NCBI GenBank assembly: GCA_951406725.2
Contig: OX597835.1
Span: 8,556,001-8,620,000, forward strand
Length of the DNA stretch: 64,000 bases
Source: Octopus vulgaris
Taxonomy: Eukaryota
Direction of reading: 5' to 3'
This document shows positions 1 through 12,726 of the stretch, piece after piece; within the stretch, counting starts at the first letter, position 1, and every line of letters starts with the position of its first letter. Made by a program: the position numbers and the translations under genes. Below the pieces are notes generated by a model that worked only from the letters and a program-made list of their open reading frames with translations, was not told where the DNA came from and searched no databases.

Positions 1-72
1 AATGCTGACAGATTTATAACAAGTTCTACCAGAGAATGGTATCGTGAGGGTAGGGGTAATGTGTACTATGCC

Positions 73-560
<488 letters not shown>

Positions 561-1036
561 ATTGTCAAAAAATCGCTGAAAGCATGTTGCTTTACACAAA
601 ATGAGGTACTATAATGCATGAATTTCATAATAGACATTTCCAGTTGGTTTTCATAATATTTTCGCTTTTGTTTCTCATCACATCAGATGCTAGTTTATAT
701 TGCATAAGTGTTTTCTTCACACACAGGCATATAAACATCTTATATTATTTGCAATCGTTTTTTTGTGTACACGAAATCTAGAACAGATTTGTTTTTTGAA
801 TAAGACTAATCATTTCTGTTGGCGGACATTTGTTAGTTTGTTTAATTACATGAACGAGAAAAGTGAATGATTTAAGTCGCTCAGATCTGGAATAGCAGAT
901 AAGAACATTGTAATCTGTTGTTCGAGTGAGATTAGAACAGACAACTGAATAATAACAACGTGTTTTTTTATTCATGTGGCGGGAATACGCAGGTTGATAG
1001 TCTTGACGCAGTTTATTCTAGACTAGAATATATTTA

Positions 1037-1357
1037 AAGACTCCGCCGGTTACGACGACGAGGGTCCCAGCTGATACGATCAACGGAACAGCTTGCTCGT
1101 GAAATTAACGTGCAAATGGCTGAGCATTCCACAGACACGTGTACCCTTAACGTAGTTCTCGGGGATTATCAGCGTGACACAGAGAGTGACAAGGCTGACC
1201 CTTTGAAATACAAGTACAACTCATTTTTGCCAGCTGAGTGGACTGGAGCAACGTGAAATAAAGTGTCTTGCTCAAGGACACAACGCGTCGCCGGGAATCG
1301 AACTCACAACCTTACGATCATGAGCCGAATGCCCTAACCACTAAGCCACGCGCCCTC
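1037..1357 (-). mobile_element. tRNA-derived CORE-type SINE (family A), full length
   Basis: On the minus strand: A/B-box head GGCTTAGTGG...GTTCGATTCC and CORE-like GTGTCCTTGAGCAAGACACTT. 15-bp TSD actagaatatattta. Near-identical copy at 55440. Confidence 0.9.
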
Positions 1358-2137
1358 ACTAGAATATATTTACTGTATAGAATAGTAACGATTGTTATCC
1401 ACCATATTTGCTCGCAGATTTATATGTCAGGTAACAAAGTAGTAAATGGTACTTCACAAAATAATGCTTTATAACTTCCGTCTGTATTTTACTCGTCATT
1501 ATATTCTTCCGCCATTAACGATTCGCCACATGAGCTATTTTATAATGCAAACACTTTGTCCCTATAAAGATTAATTCATATCTAAAAGAGAGATAATTGA
1601 AAATTGAAAGAAATTGCAACTCTCATTAGAAATAGAAATAAAAATGAATAATTTATAAACAATCTAATTAACGTCTCATTAAAACCGTAAATCGGAGAAA
1701 ACTAACGATATTTTGCATCGGCGAAATTAATATCTATATAGATTAATCAGATCCAATAAAAAAAAAAAAAACATTGGCAGCAGTTCTATTTTTCATTTTG
1801 TCTTTGCAACTATTCCCAGCTGCAATCTTGGATGTGTTTCGTTGAATATTTATTCAACAACGATTCTTTCCATGTTTCTCATTTTTGTTAAGATTTCTCG
1901 CCAGCAAATAACCACCGAAGAAACATTTCAGAAGTGTTGATCTTCTACCATATATCGTGAAAAAAATAGGAGACTGATGTCTGCGACTGGTCAACCTTCT
2001 AAGAATATCCTCTTCAATATTGACTTGACTTGAAGCAAATTTCGTATGTAAGGAACATCAATTTTAAACCCAGGTCGTTTACGTGGACGGATAATGAAAT
2101 CGCCAAGAATAAAAAAAAAACAGACTACACTCACTCA

Positions 2138-2207
<70 letters not shown>

Positions 2208-3224
2208 TTATTTCAGATGACACGCACGCATTATTTTAGATCAGTTGAAATATAGTTGGGGCTCTAAACATATTCGAAATTTTATAAGGTTGTATAATTC
2301 ACAACACTGCTTTGCGCGCTTACTACATAGTTTTTTCCCTGACAAACAATGTCCTACACAATCAATTACAATATACTTCCCACAGTTCTATTATTCTATA
2401 TTCTTTGACAGGCTACAATTGATATTTTCCATTGTTTGCCCTCAGTTCATTGAACATGTCATTCTATATTAATAAGCAATCATTATAATCGCGTTATTGT
2501 TTGCCATTTCACTTTATGTCAGGCTGTGCTGATGGATTACACATTATCCTCCGCTTTTCTGCTTGAGTGTATACTTAAGTATTCTGACCCCAGCTGCCGG
2601 TTGGAGTAAAATAGCGAAGTCCACATTAGCGGGTGGCCTCGTTTCAAGTGCCCGGACACAAATGTTCTCCGAGATGCATTCTGTTGTGATCTGCGTGTTT
2701 AGCACTTCAGAGCAGACCGCCAAATAGTTTCTTTTGCTGTCACTGCGCTAAAAGCTGAGCTATTTTGCCGTGTGGCCCCTCCTTCGTGCATTTCCATTAC
2801 CTTAACTTGATACAGTTACAAAAACGCTGTCTTCTGGAGAAGTCATTTGGATCTTTCTAGTGCACCTGACCAAATACCATGCAGACAGTGGTGAAGGGCA
2901 GTGGTGAAGGCCTTGTCACGTGGTATAGCATGAAGCTGTCTAGTTTACAATAGTGTTCGTTCCAGCAGCTGTGCTGAGGAACAAAGTAAAACCATCAACG
3001 TTTAAATTATGCACAAATACTTTACTATATTCCTTACTATTTTTAGATATCCTCCGAGAAGAGACGTATCGATTCAAAGAGTTTGACCTGGTTGCCACTT
3101 CATTCTCTAGATTTATTAGACAGAACCTTTTTTATGGTGTTCTTCTTCTTCTTGCTGTTCTTCTTCTTTACTCAGGTTTTGCTGGAACTCCTGTAGCCAT
3201 GCATGAGTGGCGGGCTTGATATCG

Positions 3225-3439
3225 CTGCCTGTGGTGCCCTGCTATCCGTTCTTGTCACATATCAAATACTTTCCTGATTATCCTAGCTGTGCCAAGGAAG
3301 TAAACCTTCTGTAAAAGTTCTACTGGACACTGTATTCCGATTTTTTGATGCATTATGATACCCTCCACACGGACCCAACAATAATTGTCACTATGTTCAC
3401 ATTTATCTTTTTCCATAACAGGGCTATTTTGTACTTAAG

Positions 3440-3515
<76 letters not shown>

Positions 3516-4109
3516 GCCTTCCTGCTTGACTGTTCGTAGATCAGCGGAGCACGCAACATCAACCATATATCACATCTGGTGCATCTTGCTCACCATCACT
3601 AAATCTAGTTTGTCATATTCTCCCACCTGATCTGTTTGGATTGAGAAACCTCATCAGAATTTGCAGGTTTTCAATTCCCAAGCTTTGCTGTTTGTGTTCG
3701 TACCGTGACTTGCCTCTTTCCAGACCCCACTTTTCGCAGTTTTCATTATAGTACTTTCGCTACTGCATCGTGTGGTCACAAATTGCAATGGTTTTGGACA
3801 ATCGCAGGGCATTTGTTCATGGTTGGCTCAGTGGTAACATTCACTCTCTTACATTCTATGTCCAGTTCCGCCTCACTTTTTGGGAACAACTTCAATTCAT
3901 CACCAGAAAGCAAATGCTTCAGTTTTCTCTTACCGCTACGCTGATCATACCACAGTTTTGTTTTCATTCACTCAAGGGGATTGTTCCCAGCACAAAAAAT
4001 CAGTGTCCTCCTGGGAGATTCCTCTCTTGATTTTCACCACTCCTAAAACCTAATTTCCAGCTGTCAATTCAGTTCTCCCTGATATCATACTGTTCCATAC
4101 AAGAGACTT

Positions 4110-4110
<1 letters not shown>
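3225..4110 (-). pseudogene. RLE-type (R4/Dong-like) non-LTR retrotransposon 3' ORF remnant
   Basis: With stops and frameshifts it reads HDAVAKVL...EKWGLE..RYEHK...IQTD...LDLVMV...VDVAC and IIVGS...ELLQKVYFLGTARIIRKVFDM*. Bordered by (ATT)n and interrupted by (TA)n. Confidence 0.8.
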
Positions 4111-4187
<77 letters not shown>

Positions 4188-4387
4188 GTTGTTGTTGTTG
4201 TTATAATTATTGCTATTACACTAGCGGTAAAAATGATTATATTTTGATTGAGAAACTAAGAGTGCTAGGTTAAATAAAATAGAAAAATTGTTATTATGGC
4301 TTCATATATTAAAATACGAGATAAAATGATAGCAGCAATTTAATAGCAATAAAGAACATTGAAATGAAAAACCATCACCATCGTGAG

Positions 4388-4419
<32 letters not shown>

Positions 4420-4420
4420 A

Positions 4421-4451
<31 letters not shown>

Positions 4452-4687
4452 ATCATTACTTTTTAGGGGAAGTTATTGAACAACGATCAACATTGAAAGG
4501 TTTTATAGATTTATTATGAATGACAATTGAAGTTAAGTCTAGACCCGTATATTTTTACAAAGCGGTCAATGTCCCCGTAATATTTCTATAAGAATTGAAT
4601 AAAAATATTCAGTTGATACTTAAGTACATATGACTGCTTTTGTATGTATGAATCGGTAAACTATGAGTATTTTATATGCATACATTC

Positions 4688-4741
<54 letters not shown>

Positions 4742-4759
4742 GTATATATATATATGTAC

Positions 4760-4794
<35 letters not shown>

Positions 4795-4847
4795 TATGTA
4801 TATACATATATATATGTATATATATATTGCGTGTGTATGTATATAAA

Positions 4848-4892
<45 letters not shown>

Positions 4893-5115
4893 ATACATAT
4901 ATATATGTATATATATATAATGCGTGTGTATGTATATAAATATATGTGTATATATCTACAACCACAGCCAAACTCACACCCACGCATACATGCACATATA
5001 TAAATCAAAAATCAGGAAAAATAACGATATGCCTAGTCGTATGAATATTATGGATGTAAATAAAATTGTCGTACAATGTTATATTATACAACTTTCAATA
5101 TAAATTGTTGATTTA

Positions 5116-5462
5116 AGGTGGTTCGTTGGCAGAAACGTTAGCACACGGGGCGAAATGCATAGCCGTATTTCGTCTGCCGTTACGTTCTGAGTTCAAATTC
5201 CGCCGAGGTTGACTTTCTCTTTCATCCTTTTGGGGGCGATTAAATAAGTACCAGTTACGCACTGGGGTCGATATAATAGATTTAATCCGTTTGTCTGTCC
5301 TTGTTTGTCCTCTCCGTATTTAGCCCCTTGTGGGTAGTAAAGAAATAGGTATTTCCTCTGTCGTTACGTACTGAGTTCAAATTCCGCCTAGGTCGATGTT
5401 GCCTGTCTTCATTCGGAGTCAATAAATTGAGTACCAGTTGCGTACTTGGGTCGATCTAACCA
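5116..5462 (+). mobile_element. SINE family D (tRNA-like head plus Meta/MESC-like core), partial dimer
   Basis: GAGTTCAAATTCCGCCGAGGT(C/T)GACTTT...TTTCATCCTTT...AAGTACCAG. A second headless unit starts at ~5349. Confidence 0.8.
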
Positions 5463-5913
5463 ATTTGAAAGAGGCCACGCTCTTCAGATGCAGATGACCA
5501 CATAGATTTCCAACATAAAGGTGTGTTTATTTAGGAGTGTCTGCGTGTAGGTCACGGATATTTTTATGGGCTCACAACCGAATGTAATTAGGTGGTAAGG
5601 TTCGTTGTTTGGCAGATTTCTTTAGTAGCTTTGGTGTATGAAGAGTTTTCCACTGTTTATATTCGGAAGGTCAAGATTATGAGTCAAGATTCAGGCTATG
5701 GTGTGTTTTTGGATAGAAAATTGTTTGTCTTATGTTCAACGTTCAGAAATCTATGTAGTTCGATTTGTAGATTGCTTGGTCAGCAGATTTCTTTCTGGGA
5801 ATTCACTGCTCTAGAAATGTTATCCTTTGTGTCTTAAGGAAATAAAGTTTTTTAGTCATGTGTTTATACATATTTCTTCGATTCGATTTCTATCATGGGC
5901 GTTTTATAATATA

Positions 5914-6429
5914 CTAGCAGTATCGCCCGGCGTTGCTCGGGTTTGTAAGGGAAATAACTATATAAGCATTTTTAGAGAGTTACTTCCCTTATAGATGCCA
6001 ATTCGGGCTTTCTTAGCCATTTCTGTTTTGGTGTCTTCAAGTCATGAAGTCGTTGTTCTAAAAGAACGCTGGTCTCCTTGACAACGCTTTACGACGTTGA
6101 TTTCTTTACACTCCCTTCCCCACAGCTTCACGAGGGAGGGAAGAAGGGGGAGAAGCAAACACAGGTGCAGGTGTTTGAGCATGGACGCCAACTCCGCCGC
6201 CATCGACACACGAAAAATTATGCATTAAAATGGAATAAAAATGATGTTAAATTATTTTTAAAATCGTAGACTCATCGTAGACGCGCGCTAATACTCAGAC
6301 GGGCTCTATATGAATCACGACTATAAGATACCTGAATTTGGTTAAACTGCACCGCAAAATGTAGGAGTAGTTAGGAATCTAAATCGAAGGGGACAGACAC
6401 TCACACAACTACAGTTTTATATATAGAGA
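5914..6429 (-). mobile_element. Non-autonomous Helitron (variant with a unique internal segment)
   Basis: On the minus strand: 5'-TC start, subterminal hairpin CCCGAGCAACGCCGGG, 3'-CTAG end, inserted between A and T, no TSD. Related copies at 41741 and 48419. Confidence 0.85.
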
Positions 6430-6563
6430 TTATTCAACCAATGAATATCTGAAAAAGTGGGACATTATATAAATGCTTGCATCTAATTATAAGAATAGAA
6501 TGACAAAAGAAAAGATATTTTAGCCCAGTTTAGTCCTCACATTTCCTTCCATATATGTGTGTA

Positions 6564-6596
<33 letters not shown>

Positions 6597-6793
6597 ATAT
6601 ATATATATGTGTGTGTGTGAGTGTGTTTGTGTGTGAGTGTGTGTGTGTGTGTGCGTGTGCGTGTCTGTGAGCCTGTGTGTGTACATGTGCGTGGGAATTT
6701 AGGTTGTGTTTATGTGTGTATGCATCTAGTTATGTATGTATCTCCCCCTTCTCCTCTCTCTTTCTCTTTATCCATCCATCCATCCATCCATCC

Positions 6794-6845
<52 letters not shown>

Positions 6846-6846
6846 G

Positions 6847-6897
<51 letters not shown>

Positions 6898-6960
6898 GAC
6901 TCCCTCTCTCTCTCTCTCTCTCTCTCTCCCTCTCTCTCCCTCTCTCTCTACAAACACACA

Positions 6961-7017
<57 letters not shown>

Positions 7018-7041
7018 GTGTATTTAATATTATATTTTCAG

Positions 7042-7166
7042 ATGTTGGCTTAGATATACAAGATGAAATGGGAAGACGTGATATCGGCATCGTGGATTTT
7101 TCTAATAAGATCGAAATTGAAAACGGCGCGGGTTGTCGATATGAAGCCAACTTTAGAATAAATAAG
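7042..7166 (+). CDS. ERGIC1: ERGIC1 internal coding exon (125 nt, phase 1 to 0): xVGLDIQDEMGRRDIGIVDFSNKIEIENGAGCRYEANFRINK
   Basis: Acceptor tattttcag|AT and donor AAG|gtaatt. The translation matches the ERGIC1 luminal segment as I recall it (VGLDIQDEMGRHEVG...NGAGCRFEGQFSINK). It is in frame with the next exon. Confidence 0.95.
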
Positions 7167-7268
7167 GTAATTATACTGGCCACTTTTATATTTTATCTAT
7201 TTATACACATACACGCCTACACATACAAACACATATATACACACTTATATACACGAATTATTATACAC

Positions 7269-7327
<59 letters not shown>

Positions 7328-7399
7328 AATAACTTTTTGTCCTTTTTTCTATCCTTTTGTTATAATATTCTTTTTAATAATACTCTGAATCACCATAAA

Positions 7400-7930
7400 C
7401 TTTAACTTTATACAATATAGCAATATTGTTTAAAACATTTAACTATAGTACTACATGATAAGACTTCCCCTGTTTCATTATCAATGGTCTGCTACAGGCC
7501 GGCCCCCTTAATTGTTAGCTAACATTTTGATTTAAGTTTTCCCTTAACAAATATCATGATATTGCTTCTAATAAATCTTGATATTTATTACTATACCCAC
7601 GATGATTTCTGTCGACTCCCTCAGCCCTAACAGACACTAACTCTTGTTCCTTCGACCATAGATGTACAAGGATTTGATAAAACTAGTCTATAAATTAAAA
7701 CTGACCCATAAAACAGTGACAAGCAAAATCTGTAACAAGTCTTTCTTCCTGATACCTTAGTAGCTTTTAAGCTGAAGTGAAGGCAGCATGTTCTTTGTCT
7801 GTCTCCTTAACTTCTTGGAGATTCTAAGTAAAATTAAACTGTGACCATCTGTTTTAATTCAGTTAAATTATATGTCTTTGTGCTGCTGAGGATTGCTCTG
7901 CATTTAGATTTGATGTAATTGTTGCATTAT
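7400..7930 (-). pseudogene. Possible degenerate Penelope GIY-YIG remnant
   Basis: ATITSN...RHI.LTE.KQRWSQ and GYSNKYQ segments across frameshifts. Confidence 0.35.
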
Positions 7931-8199
7931 TCAATTAAATGGAGTTGCGTGAAACGATCGTACTGCATTACCTCAGGATATCCTTGTTGCATATTTTGAT
8001 TATATATAAATATATATGTATGTATGTATGCATGTATGTATGTATTTATGTATGTTTATTGCGTGAGTATGTAACAATGTTTGCATACTTTTGCGATATG
8101 CTTGTCTATGTCTTTACGACACGCATATTTTTGACCCGTCTACCTGATGACAACAGCTAAAATGCTGGTCAAATATTCGTTCAATGGAAAAATAAAATT

Positions 8200-8420
8200 A
8201 ACGATCCAACATTGTATCCATTCGAAAGGCAACGTAGTGCAGGTGTTCTCAACAGAGGAATCACTGAACGTACAATCAGCCACTTTATGTCAGCACCATG
8301 TGTAGATGACAGTTTGATGTTAAACTGCCGAAATATGATATGGCGGTTCACGAGTCATGTCACTCATCTATCACCAGTCCTACGAATGACTGATGAATGT
8401 CTTCGTCAGAATTTGTAGCG
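8200..8420 (+). pseudogene. Possible Tc1 transposase N-terminal HTH remnant
   Basis: PTLYPFERQRSAGVLNRGITERTISHF resembles LSxxERxRAIGMLxxGxSxRxVAxHF. Confidence 0.35.
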
Positions 8421-8514
8421 TTAAAGTTTAGCTATTAACCAGTTCAGCCATCAAATCGTCAATTTCTTAATTATATATCATTATCCCCTTTAGGCTCTTG
8501 TCTGACGTCATTGC

Positions 8515-8540
8515 CATCATAACCACCACCATCATCATCG

Positions 8541-8594
<54 letters not shown>

Positions 8595-8653
8595 ACACAT
8601 CATATCATCGTGAATCATCATCAATTATCATCATCATCATCATCATCATCATT

Positions 8654-8685
<32 letters not shown>

Positions 8686-8688
8686 AAC

Positions 8689-8736
<48 letters not shown>

Positions 8737-8737
8737 T

Positions 8738-8768
<31 letters not shown>

Positions 8769-8870
8769 CAAACATTATCATCATATTTATCACCAGCACC
8801 CACCAGCACCTTCATCATCATCATCCTCATCTCCAACACCACCAGGATCATTATTATCATCACCAGTGAC
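8515..8870. repeat. (ATC)n microsatellite
   Basis: Directly visible; a similar compound ATC/GTC/ATT tract lies at 10703-11052. Confidence 0.98.
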
Positions 8871-9355
8871 ATCATTCTTTTGTTTTTTGGAAATTATGGT
8901 CTTTTTCTGTTATTTTTTCTGCGACTCTTTAAATTCAATATTGAATTCTATTCTGAATTTCGTTTCTTCATTTTTTCTTTCTTTCTATCTTACTCGATTT
9001 CTTTTTCGTTTTTCGTTCCTCTTCTGCTTCACATATTAATTTCACCTCATGACTCCTCCTCCCCCTCCTCCTCCTCTCATTTTCCACGTACCTTGCCTGC
9101 TACTCCTCACCCTGAACCCCGCTCACATACATATTGCAACTCCTATTAGCACACTGTCAATATTTCGTCAATCTTTCTATGGCCGTCACCCCTTTTTCCA
9201 TATTACTTCATCTTTGCTTTCTACTTTTACTCCGCCTCTCCTTCTCTTTCTTTGTGCGTCTGCTACTTTCCACCATTTTGTGATTACTACTACATCAACA
9301 ATAACAACAACAACAAGAGGATCACCTTCCTCATCCCCTCACCTTCCCAACCAAT

Positions 9356-9563
9356 ACTTTACTTTTACTTTTACTTGTCTCAGTCATTTGACTGCGGCCA
9401 TGCTGGAGCACCGCCTTTAAGCGAGCAAATCGACCCCGGGACTTATTCTTTGTAAGCCCAGTACTTATTCTATCGGTCTCTTTTGCCGAACCACTAAGTG
9501 ACGGGGACGTAAACACACTAGCATCGGTTGTCAAGCAATGCTAGGTGGACAAACACAGACACA

Positions 9564-9607
<44 letters not shown>

Positions 9608-9804
9608 TACACACACATATATATATATATATATATACATACGACAGGCTTCTTTCAGTTTCCGTCTACCAAATCCATTCACAAGGCATTGGTCGGTCCG
9701 GGGCTATAGCGGAAGACACTTGCCCAAGATGGCACGCGGTGGGACTGAACCCGGAACCATGTGGTTGGTTAGCAAGCTACTTACCACACAGCTACTCCTG
9801 CGCC
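9356..9804 (-). mobile_element. SINE family C (internal (TA)n/(TG)n tract, (GTAAAA)-like tail)
   Basis: Head GGCGCAGGAGTAGCTGTGTGGTAAG...GGTTCAGTCCC, body GGCGGTGCTCCAGCATGGCCGCAGTCAAATGAC. Eight copies in the window. Confidence 0.88.
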
Positions 9805-10077
9805 AATGATAACAATATTTTATTAATTGTTTCTAATTTAGGGAAAGGGTTAATGATTTCGATTGCGTTAATCTCGGAACTTCCCTAGTTCTTTAACTCT
9901 GCGAGGGATGAAATGCAAAGTCACTCTCGTTGAGATTTGAACTCAAAACGTAAACAGGCGGAACAAAACTTCTCAGAGCATTTTTTCCGAGTTGAGTTTT
10001 GATATCAAGAGAAGTTTGAGGCGTTTGAAATATGCAGTGATGAACTTGTCTTTCGTTTCTCTATTCAAGATATTGTT

Positions 10078-10463
10078 GGAGGCGCAATGGCCCTGTGGTT
10101 AGGGCAGCGGGACTCGCGGTCATAGGATCGCGGTTTCGATTCCCAGACCGGGCGTTGTGAGTGTTTATTGAGCGAAAGCACCTAAAGCTCCACGAGGCTC
10201 CGGCAGGGGATGGTGGTGATCCCTGCTGTACTCTTTCACCACAACTTTCTCTCACTCGTACTTCCTGTTTCTGTTGTACCTGTATTTCAAAGGGCCGGCC
10301 TTGTCACTCTCTGTGTCACGCTGAATATCCCCGAGAACTACGTTAAGGGTACACGTGTCTGTAGAGTGCTCAGCCACTTACACGTTAATTTCACGAGCAG
10401 GCTGTTCCGTTGATTGGATCAACCGGAACCCTCATCGTCGTAACCGACGGAGTACTTCCATCC
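10078..10463 (+). mobile_element. tRNA-derived SINE (family B), full length
   Basis: Head GGAGGCGCAATGGCCCTGTGGTTAGG...GTTTCGATTCCC. 15-bp TSD attcaagatattgtt (10063-10077 and 10464-10478). Confidence 0.9.
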
Positions 10464-10539
10464 ATTCAAGATATTGTTCCACTCCGGGAATCCAGGGTTC
10501 TTGCACCCAACATCATGCAGATCTTCCATTCTCTATCCG

Positions 10540-10700
10540 CATGGCAGCCGGGCAAAATGCTTAGCGGTATTTCATCCCTCCTTACGTTGTGAGTTCAAAT
10601 TCCGGCGAGGTCGACATTTCATTTAATCCATTGAGCACTGGAGTCGATGTAATCGACTGACCCCTTGCCCCAAAATCTCAGGTCTTGTGCCTAGATTGGG
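10540..10700 (+). mobile_element. SINE family D, degenerate
   Basis: AAATGCTTAGCGGTATTTC...GAGTTCAAATTCCGGCGAGGTCGAC. Confidence 0.7.
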
Positions 10701-10704
10701 GATT

Positions 10705-10742
<38 letters not shown>

Positions 10743-10795
10743 AATCCTCATCATCAACATCAACATCATCATCATCGTCGTCGTCGTCGTCGTCA

Positions 10796-10833
<38 letters not shown>

Positions 10834-11000
10834 ATCATAATCATCAGCAGCAGTATCATCATTATTACTATTATTATTGTTATTATTGTTATTATTTATT
10901 ATTATCATTATTACCATCATCATCATCATTATCATCATCATCATTATCATCATCATCATCATCATCATCCTCATCATCATTATCGTCGTCGTCGTCGTCG

Positions 11001-11052
<52 letters not shown>

Positions 11053-11398
11053 ACTCTTTTACTCTTTTACTTGTTTCAGTCATTTGACTGCGGCCATGCT
11101 GGAGCACCGCCTTTAATCGTGTACTTATTCTATCGGTCTCTTTTTGCCGAACCGCTAAGTAACAGGGACATAAACACACCAGCATCGGTTGTCAAGCAAT
11201 GCTAGGGGACGAACACAGAGACACAAACACACACACGCATATATATATATATACATATATACGACGGGCTTCTTTCAGGCTTTGGTCGGCCCGAGGCTAT
11301 AGCAGAAGACACTTGCCCAAGGTGCCACGCAGTGGGACTGAACCCGGAACCATGTGGTTGATAGACAAGCTACTTACCACACAGCCACTCCTGCGCCT
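11053..11398 (-). mobile_element. SINE family C with small internal deletions
   Basis: Aligns to the 9356-9804 copy. Confidence 0.85.
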
Positions 11399-11411
11399 AT
11401 CATCATCATCA

Positions 11412-11457
<46 letters not shown>

Positions 11458-11809
11458 CATTTCTCAATACTTATTAACATTTTTCTTTTAAATATAAAAT
11501 CAGTATTTACCGAATCTTCTGAAGATCCGAAATTTCCTTACAACGAGTTCCATCCATCAAATAAACATATATTCTTGCTGCTGTTATTGTAGTTAATGCT
11601 ATTGCGATTGTTTATTTCACGTGCTTTTGTTCATGCTTTCCTTCTGATTATCCAATGCCCTACAGCTCGCCCCTGTTACTTGAATTACAACCAATAATTG
11701 ATTTTAAGCCTCCCGTGAACAAATGTGGAGAGCGTAGGATGTAGCGATATGCTAGTGTTTCAGTAAATCACACGGAAAGTTTGCACGGGTTAGGCATAAT
11801 TGTTATTAA

Positions 11810-11863
<54 letters not shown>

Positions 11864-11872
11864 ACATGTATG

Positions 11873-11910
<38 letters not shown>

Positions 11911-11932
11911 TATATACAGATATATGCATGTG

Positions 11933-11984
<52 letters not shown>

Positions 11985-11988
<4 letters not shown>

Positions 11989-12050
11989 AGTGTGGGTGTA
12001 TATGTCTATATACGTAGTGATGTGTTTCAAGTTATATATACATATATATG

Positions 12051-12094
<44 letters not shown>

Positions 12095-12300
12095 TACATG
12101 CATGCGCATATATATATATATATGTATATGTGAGAGTGTTGGTGTATATGTCTATATACATAGTGATGTCTTTCAAGTTATATATACATATATACGTATA
12201 TATATATACACACACACACATACATGCATGCATATATATATATATATATATGTGAGAGAGTGGGTGTATATTTCTATATACGTAGTAACGTCTTTCAAGT

Positions 12301-12315
<15 letters not shown>
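11985..12315. repeat. Triplicated ~120-145-bp unit embedded in microsatellites
   Basis: GAGAGTGT.GGTGTATATGTCTATATAC.TAGTGATGT.TTTCAAGTTATATATA occurs at ~11986, ~12132 and ~12256. Confidence 0.85.
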
Positions 12316-12332
<17 letters not shown>

Positions 12333-12609
12333 AAAATACACACATGCCCACACGCGTACATGAACACACGTACACATTCATACACACATACGCACACACT
12401 CATATGCTTCCCGGTTTGCAAATATGCTTATGTAGAGCTCTATGTACACTCATACATTTTAGATGCTCATACATTCTCACGCCTAGGTGTGTATATATTT
12501 GTTCTCCTCCCCCTAGCTCTCCCTTTCTTACTATCTTAAACACACGTACACATAATAGAGCATACATTTTCTTTCTTATTGGACGCATGTGCATACGTGC
12601 AAGTATCTG

Positions 12610-12649
<40 letters not shown>

Positions 12650-12695
12650 ACTATCTATCTATCTAACTATCTATCTATCTAACTATCTATCTATC

Positions 12696-12726
<31 letters not shown>

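Noticed and set aside
2520-2860. Possible pogo/Tigger N-terminal remnant on the minus strand
   Set aside because: Only a vague HTH-like resemblance, with no TIRs identified.
4387-4450. (CAG/CAA)n tract as a polyglutamine exon
   Set aside because: No flanking splice sites or open frame consistent with ERGIC1 or another gene.
8140-8182. CTGATGA...stem...AAA hammerhead-like motif
   Set aside because: G12 of GAAA is missing and stems I and III are not convincing.
10078-10152. tRNA-like sequences at SINE 5' ends
   Set aside because: They have A/B boxes but continue into SINE bodies with TSDs, and there is no complete cloverleaf.
9331-11205. Recurring peptides such as FSHLTAAMLEHRL, QSFDCGHAGAPP and MVVIPAVLFHHNF
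   Set aside because: These are translations of multi-copy SINE bodies, not a protein family.
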